Source: an uncultured Nitrospiraceae bacterium (GTDB taxonomy: Bacteria > Nitrospirota > Nitrospiria > Nitrospirales > Nitrospiraceae). Taken from it: a stretch of 64,000 bases of DNA. The stretch is taken from the NCBI GenBank assembly GCA_963706325.1, contig CAVPLT010000001.1:864001-928000 (forward strand), given 5' to 3'. This document shows positions 48,445 to 56,144 of this stretch, piece after piece. A program made the position numbers and the translations under genes. The notes below the pieces were generated by a model. It was not told where the DNA came from. It searched no databases and saw nothing but the letters and a program-made list of their open reading frames with translations. Position 1 is the first letter of the stretch. The number at the start of each line of letters is the position of its first letter.

Positions 48445-50472
48445 CTAAAATCTTAGGGTCAACCATCCCATCACCCTGCTGCCGATCGTCTCGCCGAGGG
48501 GGTATTCCTGATGTTTGTCGTTGAGTGCGTTATATGCGGACACGGCCACTTCCGCCTTCTCGTGCCAAAACCGATAACCTGCGCGTAGGTTCAAGAGGTT
48601 GTAGGCCCCGACGTTTGGGTTCGGCAGCGTCACAAGGGAGAGGGGGGCTGAGAAAATGTAGTGAATGATTGCCCCGGTGGATAGCTCGCCGATCCATAAT
48701 AATGAAAGATCGCTTCGGCGTTGAGCCCATTGTCCCATTCGCCCCGCATCCCGATGTTGAATTTGTTGTGAGGGGCGGCCCGTTGGATGCGACCGGTGAA
48801 CGTTTGGTGGATGTCCTGGTACGAGTAGTTCACGAAATCCGGTCAGCCACTTAGTGGCGAGAATTTCAACCCCGACTTCTCCGCCATAGATATCCGCAGA
48901 GTGGTTATCGTTGGTATAGGTTGCCACCGTCGGAGACTGATCGCGTACGCTGATGAGGTCTGAGATATGATTGTAAAAGGCGTCGGCACGAACCAGGATC
49001 CGGTGGCGCCAGTACCATCCTTGGTATCCCAACTCGTAGGAGATGATCTGCTCTGGTGAAAGGCTCTGGCCTCCCACTATTGATGTCGATAGTGGGGGCA
49101 CCGGCGGGTTCGTGTTCACCTGCGCATTCGCCTTCTTTTCGAGAAGCGTTGGAGGTCGATAGGCCACTGAACCGGACACCCGAAAGGTATGATTCGGAGC
49201 TGGTGTATACAGGAGCGCTACGCGAGGACTAACGGTCGAATTAATAAAGGTGTCCATGTCATAACGAAATCCAGCCTGCAAGCTAAGTGGCTGAGCGAGC
49301 TTCCACTCATCCTGGAGAAAGAATCCCAGTCTATTCTCTGTACTGTATTGCGAGATGTCACTGCTCGACAGAGTATTGAGACGGTAGTTCAGACCATAGG
49401 TCACCCGATTGCTAGGTAGCATTTCAAGAGAATGTTGGACGTCAATATTATAGGTATTAGCCAAGAACGATGAGGTCGGCGACCCGTCCCCAGCATTGTA
49501 ACTGAGAAACGGTGCAAGGGGAGGCTGGAACCTCACAATCGATGTGGCGTTGTATTGATTCCAGAACGCTCGCACAAAGAAGTCACGTCGTTCATAGGCA
49601 ACACTGGCGTATCCCTGTACCGGTTTCTGAGAAGTCGTGACATCCTGACTCACACCGAAATTGAACGCATTGGAATCAACGAGTCCGCCTGAGACCTTGA
49701 TCTTTGACTCTGCCGACAGAGCATATTCGGTCAAGACATTGAACAGATTATCCCGAAAGGCCAAGGAACTGCTGTTACTCCAGGAGGCGTTCTGATTGTG
49801 ACCGATGGAAAGACGATAGCCAAACTTGTCCACCGTTCCGGCCTGGATCGCGGAGGCCATGATGGTCCCATAGCTTCCGCCTCCGAATTGCAAAGTGGTC
49901 CCCTTCATATCTTCTGGAGACTTCGTGATGATGTTGATGACTCCATCAAACGCGTTAAATCCCCACACCGCTGCCGCCGGTCCCTTCAACACTTCAATCC
50001 GCTTAATCTCCGGCAGTGTTACCGGCAATGCTTTCCAGTTCACCGTTCCCTGTACGTCGTTATAAATTGATCGTCCATCCACCATGACCAACAGTTTGTT
50101 GGCTCCCGTTTGATTGTCTCCGCGCACACTCACGTTGAAATCTGCGCCATTCATTTGCATGACTTCCATCCCGGGGATGCGCCGGAGCAGGGTTGGTATG
50201 TCGATGGCACCCGAATGCCGGATGTCTTCGTCTGTAATCACATAAACATTCGATGGCGCCTGAGAGATCGGTTGCTCATAGCGACTGGCGATGCTGACCG
50301 TTTCCTCTTCCTTCAGTAGTTCGAGTTCTTGACTCGCCTCAACGGGCACCGGCTCGGGCCTCTCAGGTGCAGCAGATTCTGCCCATGCACTGCCGGTTAA
50401 GCCGACCATCAGTGCCGCCGCGAGCACTGGATGACCTGATCGCTGGAGCTCAGCCTGCATCACATCACTCAC
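48445..50472 (-). CDS. TonB-dependent receptor (contains two compensating indels)
   Basis: Signal peptide, plug domain (IKRIEVLKGP..GVINIITK), C-terminal Phe; ~48640-48836 reads correctly only in an alternative frame. Confidence 0.9.
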   Translation of the reverse strand: MSDVMQAELQRSGHPVLAAALMVGLTGSAWAESAAPERPEPVPVEASQELELLKEEETVSIASRYEQPISQAPSNVYVITDEDIRHSGAIDIPTLLRRIPGMEVMQMNGADFNVSVRGDNQTGANKLLVMVDGRSIYNDVQGTVNWKALPVTLPEIKRIEVLKGPAAAVWGFNAFDGVINIITKSPEDMKGTTLQFGGGSYGTIMASAIQAGTVDKFGYRLSIGHNQNASWSNSSSLAFRDNLFNVLTEYALSAESKIKVSGGLVDSNAFNFGVSQDVTTSQKPVQGYASVAYERRDFFVRAFWNQYNATSIVRFQPPLAPFLSYNAGDGSPTSSFLANTYNIDVQHSLEMLPSNRVTYGLNYRLNTLSSSDISQYSTENRLGFFLQDEWKLAQPLSLQAGFRYDMDTFINSTVSPRVALLYTPAPNHTFRVSGSVAYRPPTLLEKKANAQVNTNPPVPPLSTSIVGGQSLSPEQIISYELGYQGWYWRHRILVRADAFYNHISDLISVRDQSPTVATYTNDNHSADIYGGEVGVEILATKWLTGFRELLVPGHPPNVHRSHPTGRPSQQIQHRDAGRMGQWAQRRSDLSLLWIGELSTGAIIHYIFSAPLSLVTLPNPNVGAYNLLNLRAGYRFWHEKAEVAVSAYNALNDKHQEYPLGETIGSRVMGWLTLRF

Positions 50473-50920
50473 CCAGAACCGTAGCGTGAGCCATCCCAGT
50501 ACCCGCCTGCCGATGATGTCGCCCAGTGGAGGCTCCCAAGGGATCTGATTGGCAAATCGTTGATGCCGCCTCGCGCGCTGACGTTAAAATCGGCGCCGGA
50601 CACCTGCATGATATCCAGACCGGGCACGGGCCGGAGCACGGTGGGAATGTCGGTTGCGCCGGAATGCCGAATATCCTCATCCGTGATGACATAGACGTTG
50701 GAGGGTGACTGGGAAATAGGTTGCTCGTAGCGGGTCGCGATGCTCACGGTTTCTTCTTTGAGAAGTTCGAGCGCGTCGTTCGCACGCCCCTTCTCTGTCG
50801 GGACGGAAAGAGCAGGCGAGTCCTCAGCCTGGGTCGCAATGGCGCTACACAAGGTTAAGATCCCTCCCCAGATGAGGAGGCAGGCAGTGACGAACGGTTG
50901 GTGGTTGGGTGATCATCCAT
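50473..50920 (-). pseudogene. Internally deleted paralog of the TonB-dependent receptor
   Basis: Plug start LELLKEETVSIATRYEQPISQSPSN..VSARG joined out of frame to a C-terminal remnant PLGDIIGRRVLGWLTLRF; no in-frame start before the signal-like segment. Confidence 0.8.
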
Positions 50921-51079
50921 AGGGTATCGATCAGCCTATGACGGAGGGCCTGCGCTGGGTGGAACGATGTGACAGGCCTGCATTCGAGCGCGCATGGCAT
51001 ATCGGGTGCCCCTTACCGACCGTTTCCGAATAGTCTGACGCGCGTCGAGGAACGAGACTTCAGTTTCAAGAAGATCTCT

Positions 51080-51095
51080 CGCAAGAGGCGTGCTT
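51080..51095 (-). promoter_or_regulatory. Degenerate sigma54 promoter upstream of the receptor operon
   Basis: Minus strand AAGCACGCCTCTTGCG (GG changed to AG at -24), ~110 bp from the tandem UAS at 51206-51244. Confidence 0.45.
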
Positions 51096-51198
51096 ATGGA
51101 GTGGGTAAGGAGAGCGAAGGAATAGGCCGTACTATGAGGGAATGTAAGCGATTTTCTACGTCTTCTCGTAGGAAAAGCACAAAGGTCCAGGGCTGGCC

Positions 51199-51492
51199 CT
51201 AGGCGCGTATCTGACTGGATACAGACTGTATATCTTCAGATACAGGTGCCTCGTGAATTTTGCTGGTGCGAGGCCTGCCTGGTTTTAGGTCTTGAAGCCG
51301 GGGCGAAAAGGGCTGGCCATTCTGCGACTCAAGATTATGGAGAAAATCTTGGAGCGCCGATGAGATGAGGCCTGCCATGGTGGTGCCGGAGGTCCAGTAG
51401 GCGGCATCGCGCATACGCTCAAGGAGATCGGTCGGCAGACTCACAGTCATTCGCTGGCGTCTCGGGCTTCTTAAGTAAACAAATCGGTTCAT
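51199..51492 (-). CDS. Small ribbon-helix-helix-like DNA-binding protein
   Basis: RQRMTVSLPTDLLERMRDAAYW..MAGLISSAL; AAAGGAG RBS. Confidence 0.7.
   Translation of the reverse strand: MNRFVYLRSPRRQRMTVSLPTDLLERMRDAAYWTSGTTMAGLISSALQDFLHNLESQNGQPFSPRLQDLKPGRPRTSKIHEAPVSEDIQSVSSQIRA
51206..51244. promoter_or_regulatory. Tandem UAS palindromes embedded in the 3' end of the RHH gene
   Basis: CGTATC-TGACTG-GATACA (51206) and TGTATA-TCTTCA-GATACA (51227), 21 bp apart. Confidence 0.6.
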
Positions 51493-51597
51493 GATGCAAC
51501 TCCTTTACGGGGATGAGCGAAGACAAGCCAATGGGTTCGCATGTTCCCTCACGATCAAGTCACGGAGGGCAGCTGCTCCTTCAGGGTAGCCGCAGGC

Positions 51598-51723
51598 TCA
51601 TACTCCCCCCTGGGGAGAATGGGAATCAGACTGGCGTGAGACGGGATCCTTCCGTACCGCGATGATTAGCAGGGCCAACATGCCGCTGGCTCCAATCAGT
51701 AGGCCACCCAAGACGAGTTCCAT
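51598..51723 (-). CDS. 41-aa single-TM small protein (not in the ORF track)
   Basis: MELVLGGLLIGASGMLALLIIAVRKDPVSRQSDSHSPQGGV*; AAAGGAG RBS; first ORF after a sigma54 box. Confidence 0.6.
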   Translation of the reverse strand: MELVLGGLLIGASGMLALLIIAVRKDPVSRQSDSHSPQGGV

Positions 51724-51799
51724 GTCAGGCTCCTTTCTGTGTCACATGGGTTTTCTGGGCCACCCAAGAGACTTTGAAATATTCTACAGGCAGAAGTGC

Positions 51800-51815
51800 A
51801 GCAACAGCCGTGCCA
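51800..51815 (-). promoter_or_regulatory. sigma54 (-24/-12) promoter, perfect consensus
   Basis: Minus strand TGGCACGGCTGTTGCT. Confidence 0.8.
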
Positions 51816-51931
51816 TTGTCATCTAAAATCCCTCACACCTCCTTCGTGCAAATATTTTGCGAACTTCTGTCTAGCATGGAGCGGGTCAATCAGTGATTGC
51901 GTCTCATGGCGAGCAGGTGCAGGGGAGAAAC

Positions 51932-51970
51932 TGTATCGAATCGGATGCTAGGTGTATCTGATCCGATGCG
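51932..51970. promoter_or_regulatory. Tandem UAS palindromes
   Basis: TGTATC-GAATCG-GATGCT (51932) and TGTATC-TGATCC-GATGCG (51953), 21 bp apart, ~117 bp upstream of the -24 box. Confidence 0.65.
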
Positions 51971-52022
51971 CGACTGCGCTGGGGAAATTTTAGATATTTG
52001 CGGGAAGAGTCAAGAAACGCTG

Positions 52023-52754
52023 CTAGCTGGGCAAGTACACCCCGGTTTGGTGTAACAGATGATCAAGCATTTGGCGCAAGGTATGCTTGTCATCATCATG
52101 CTCGATCAATTCAAGAAGGCAGGAAATAGCGTCATACCATAAGCCCGACTCAGAGTAGCGATAAATCGCCTCTCTACTGCAAGCGGTCCAAGTGCAGGGC
52201 ATGTCGAGGGCGCAAGCTTCGTCAAATGAAATCCGCTCGATCACTCCGCCTGCCACCACATCTCGGGACGGCCGGTTTGGGTCCACCACCAGCGTCACAA
52301 ACCACCGATAGGCCTCCTGCTCTTTGAACTCGACCCCATACTCACGAGGTCTGGTGCAATGAATACCGGCGCGAACAGGCGACGGAAGCGGTCGTTCAAG
52401 GACGGGACGAATTCCGCGTGAATCGACCACGGTGATGGTCATCGGTCGAGAGGTGTGCATGGATAGGTACCAACAGAGGGCTGGATCATTCTTGATCGTG
52501 AACGCAACATGATCTGGCACCAACGCCGTGAGGTGAGGCTCTTCCAGTTCACCGCCTCTGCTCTGTCCGCCAATACGTGCTCGGTGTTCGAAGTCCTGCC
52601 GCGGTTTATACAGGGGCATGGGAACTTCTGGAGAAGTGACGAGATCGGTTGCGTCACCGTGGGGAAGCGTGACCGGAAAAATGGCGATACCATGCCACGA
52701 GGCCAGCCAAATGGCCGTGACAACGAACATGAGCCTGAGCTTTTTAGATATCAT
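52023..52754 (-). CDS. DUF928 domain exported protein
   Basis: Signal peptide; RIGGQSRG, LVPDHV, YRWFVTL, GVIERI, YSESGLWYDAI. Confidence 0.85.
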   Translation of the reverse strand: MISKKLRLMFVVTAIWLASWHGIAIFPVTLPHGDATDLVTSPEVPMPLYKPRQDFEHRARIGGQSRGGELEEPHLTALVPDHVAFTIKNDPALCWYLSMHTSRPMTITVVDSRGIRPVLERPLPSPVRAGIHCTRPREYGVEFKEQEAYRWFVTLVVDPNRPSRDVVAGGVIERISFDEACALDMPCTWTACSREAIYRYSESGLWYDAISCLLELIEHDDDKHTLRQMLDHLLHQTGVYLPS

Positions 52755-52796
52755 CTTCTCGTTCCCGGACCTGTTGAAGCGACGGACTATCAAATC

Positions 52797-53531
52797 TCAC
52801 TCGTGCCGGAGCGCATGAGCCTGCGCCAGATCCCACTCAGCCACTTCATGGAGGCCAACTTGCTTAAGCAAGGCGGCGCGCTGCTTGCGCAGACCCGTAT
52901 CGGCGGGGTCGGCATCAATGAGCTCGCATAAACAGGCCATGGCATCGTACCAAAAACCCTTCGCGGCGCTCATCGCCACAGCCTCAGCCGTGCAGGTCGT
53001 GATGGCACCCAACATCACGCATTCGCTGAACTCGCACCGCTCAATCATTCCCCCCGTCACGATATCGCGTGAGGGCGAGTCCGCGTCTTTGATGACGGAG
53101 ATATACCAGCGGTATTGAACGTTGGTCTGCAGGGCGAAGCCCAGGTCATCGAGTTTGATGGCGTGCACGCCGGCCTGCTTCGGCGCCGCAATGGACTGCT
53201 CAACCAGCCCGCGAATCGATCGCTCGTCGATCAAGGTGAATCTTATCGGTAACGAGGTGTGACTGGAGAGAAACCAATTCAGTGCCGGGTGTTGTTTGGC
53301 GGTGAAGCCGACGTGGTCAGGCACGAGTGCCGCGACTGCGGGGTCTTCCCTGCTGCTACCTCTTAAGGTTCCGCCGATGCGTGCCCTGGGCGTGACCTGC
53401 TGAGGCGCATTGTACACCGGTAATTCGGGCCGTACTTCAGATACTCCGCCACTAGGGTTTACCAGCAGAGCGGCGAGCAGCACCGCCCCGCCTATCCCCC
53501 GGGCTAAGCAGCAATATCTCCAGGTTGACAT
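52797..53531 (-). CDS. DUF928 domain exported protein
   Basis: Signal peptide; RIGGTLRG, LVPDHVG, YRWYISV, GFWYDAM, ALLKQVGL. Confidence 0.88.
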   Translation of the reverse strand: MSTWRYCCLARGIGGAVLLAALLVNPSGGVSEVRPELPVYNAPQQVTPRARIGGTLRGSSREDPAVAALVPDHVGFTAKQHPALNWFLSSHTSLPIRFTLIDERSIRGLVEQSIAAPKQAGVHAIKLDDLGFALQTNVQYRWYISVIKDADSPSRDIVTGGMIERCEFSECVMLGAITTCTAEAVAMSAAKGFWYDAMACLCELIDADPADTGLRKQRAALLKQVGLHEVAEWDLAQAHALRHE

Positions 53532-53635
53532 GGTGTCACCCTCTTCTCATGGGCGTCAGTAGGCTGCGGAACAACTCTGTTGCGATGCCGGCAATTCAAC
53601 CGCTGGCCCGTCTAGCACAATAGAAGAAATATCTC

Positions 53636-53805
53636 CGACGAAGCTCAAAAGGCCGCTAGCAGGGCCGCAATCAACGAACAGGCGACGCATCACATTCTTA
53701 TCAGCCAGGCGAAGAGCCTCCCAACCAGGTTCTTTTCCCCGGGCGGCACGTGAAGCCTCTGAAAAAAAACGAGAACGCCGCGCTGAATTTTCAGCCTCCT
53801 GTTAG
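53636..53805 (-). mobile_element. MITE/REP-like element, degenerate copy
   Basis: Minus strand begins CTAACAGGAGGCTGAAAATT on the CHAT gene stop; GTTCTCG..CAGAGGCTTCACGT and TGCGGCC..CGGCCTTTTGAGC match the 37137 copy. Confidence 0.65.
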
Positions 53806-56144
53806 AGCCAATTGTTCAATAATAGAAATGCCGACCAATAAGCTGGATGTTCATAGAGCCCCTCCGACAGTAGCTTCAGCTGTGCAAGCTGCAAAGCACG
53901 TGCCTTTGATATCGAGGTGTCATGCAGTTGACGATAAAATTCTGACACCAGTTCCGACGACGCTTCATCGTTGATGAACCAAAGCGTGGCAAGGGCACTC
54001 CGAGCTCCCGCCTTCACCGCAACGCCGGCTAGCCCAAGTGCGGCACGGTCGTCCCCGATGCCGGTCTGACAGGCGCTCAAGGTGAGGAGTTCCAAAGGAT
54101 CTTGGCGAAAGCGAAACATGCCCACCAGCTGCTCTAACTGCGTCATGGTCAGTTTATCGTCGAATGTCAGCAAAAATGATTGGTTGACGTCCGTGGCGAA
54201 CTGGCCATGGGTGGCGATATGAAGGATAGTGTAACGGCCATCTTTCAACTCTGCTTCTATCCGTGGCGCGACGAAATTTGTGTCGAGCAGTTCCTCGCCC
54301 TTAAACAGCGAGTGAATATATCCGACTTCCTCAGCGACATGTGGCAGAGGAGGGAAACCCTGCACGGCTTTCGTCAGCCCACTGGACAGGAGTTGGACTC
54401 TGGCTCGATTGATGGGTTGAGGATCAGTCAAATCGAGGCCGGGAGTCATCGCGACGGCGTATTGCGCGATGAGGAATTGGTGGCCGTCATGTAGCGCCGA
54501 CATGGGGATGGTGCGGAGCGGGCCATCCGGTACAAAGACCAATGTGGTGACGTGGAGTCGGCGAAGGTCATTTTCAAGGGGCCGTACCAACCAGTCATAT
54601 AACCGGTTGGCATGGGGCAAGTACTCGCGAGTGGTCCGCTTTTCGAGCATGCGCCGGAAGCTGCGTATCTCCTCAGTCAGCGCTGACGCCGTCACCGGAA
54701 TGGAATGCCGTTTGAGGCCGTCAGGGAAGCTCACCAGCAGTTCGGTGCGATCGCCGAAGATGATCGGGTAAATGATGGCCGTGGAAGGAGAGACGGCATC
54801 CAGCTTGGTAATGCGAGCCTGCATCTGGTCGACGCAGTCATCCCGGAAATAATCCCGAAGCTCGGCCGCCTTGTAAGCCTCAATCGAATCGCGCGCCGCC
54901 TTCAAATAGGGTTCGGCCTGCAGGTCGTCACCCATCAAGGCCGCACGCTGCAACAGCAGATCGGCCGATTCAAAGTACAGTGAGCGGATGGACTGTTGAC
55001 CTGGCTCCAGAGAGGTTTGGGAAGCGAAGGTGACTTCAGCTCGAATCGGTTGCAAGGTGACCGCCGCTTCCTGATAGGCCGACAAGGCATCATCGAGCTT
55101 GCCCAGGCGCGTGAGTAGACGGCCGCTTTGCCACTGCCAACGGTACAGCGATTCGGGTGCGCGAGCTGACTGCGCGGAAAAAATGGCTCGCCGAGTGAGC
55201 TGCAGGGCTTCATCCAAGCGGCGTTCTTGCTCGTAGAGATGTCCGAGGTGTCCATACGCATAAGAGGCCAGGCGTGCACCGCCGGGCGTATCCGCCATCG
55301 CGGCTGCCTCTTGCAGCAGGGTCGCAGCCTGTCTCAGCGAGCGGTCATGAGAGTCCGGCTGAACCGATGCCAGGTCACGATATCCTAAGGCCAGGTTGAC
55401 GAGCCCATCGGCCTTGTCGTGCGAGGCCGGCGCCGGGGAAAGAATTCCGCCGGCGTCATTCAAGGCCGCCGCCGCCTCCTCAAATCGTTTCAATTGAATG
55501 GCCACACGCGCAGCGTTGACACGGGCGCGAACGGCAAGGGCGGGCAGGTTTTCGTCCCGCGCACGCGTGGCGCTGTCTTGAAACGCGGTCAGCGCTTCAG
55601 GGAGCTGGCCCTGTAACGCCCGGACAATACCGAGATCATTTTGCAGCGCCGCCGACAGCGCCCCGAAATTCTGTGACTGCGCAATGACGGCCGCCTGTGA
55701 CAGATAGTCTGAGGCGGTGTCGTATTGATGGCTTGCCACATAGGTTTTGCCAAGCTCCGAAAGTGTCACCGTCAGCCATTTGGGGTCGTCAATCTTGCGC
55801 GCGAGATTCATGGCCAATTCCTGATGCAGGAAGGCCTGGTTGAGGTGGCCCAAGGTGCGGGCGGCGTAGGCGGCATAGGAAAGCGCCTGGATATGATTCT
55901 TGGCCTGGCCGGCCTGGTCGTACAGTTGCGCAGCCTCTTTCCAGGCCACGAGTGCTTCCTCCATCGACCCTTGTTGCGCGGCCGAGTGTCCCCGTTGCAT
56001 GAGCTCGTCGGCCGTAGGCGTGGTTTCCGCCCTGAGCGTACTCACACAGGCGAGCAGGAATATGATGCATAGGACGAATGCCTTGGGGATTTTGGCGCGA
56101 GCCCTCGCGGCCATTGGAACTCGGCTCTCCAGCGGTGTTCTCAT
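53802..56144 (-). CDS. Exported TPR + CHAT (caspase-like) protease
   Basis: Signal peptide, TPR helices, FVPDGPL, catalytic dyad motifs HIATHG and LSACQTG, ATLW, HPAYWSAF. Confidence 0.93.
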   Translation of the reverse strand: MRTPLESRVPMAARARAKIPKAFVLCIIFLLACVSTLRAETTPTADELMQRGHSAAQQGSMEEALVAWKEAAQLYDQAGQAKNHIQALSYAAYAARTLGHLNQAFLHQELAMNLARKIDDPKWLTVTLSELGKTYVASHQYDTASDYLSQAAVIAQSQNFGALSAALQNDLGIVRALQGQLPEALTAFQDSATRARDENLPALAVRARVNAARVAIQLKRFEEAAAALNDAGGILSPAPASHDKADGLVNLALGYRDLASVQPDSHDRSLRQAATLLQEAAAMADTPGGARLASYAYGHLGHLYEQERRLDEALQLTRRAIFSAQSARAPESLYRWQWQSGRLLTRLGKLDDALSAYQEAAVTLQPIRAEVTFASQTSLEPGQQSIRSLYFESADLLLQRAALMGDDLQAEPYLKAARDSIEAYKAAELRDYFRDDCVDQMQARITKLDAVSPSTAIIYPIIFGDRTELLVSFPDGLKRHSIPVTASALTEEIRSFRRMLEKRTTREYLPHANRLYDWLVRPLENDLRRLHVTTLVFVPDGPLRTIPMSALHDGHQFLIAQYAVAMTPGLDLTDPQPINRARVQLLSSGLTKAVQGFPPLPHVAEEVGYIHSLFKGEELLDTNFVAPRIEAELKDGRYTILHIATHGQFATDVNQSFLLTFDDKLTMTQLEQLVGMFRFRQDPLELLTLSACQTGIGDDRAALGLAGVAVKAGARSALATLWFINDEASSELVSEFYRQLHDTSISKARALQLAQLKLLSEGLYEHPAYWSAFLLLNNWL

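Noticed and set aside
53802..56144. TPR-CHAT as part of a CRISPR type III-E Craspase or anti-phage system
   Set aside because: No cas genes or repeat-spacer array in the window; the protein has a signal peptide and sits in a secretion operon
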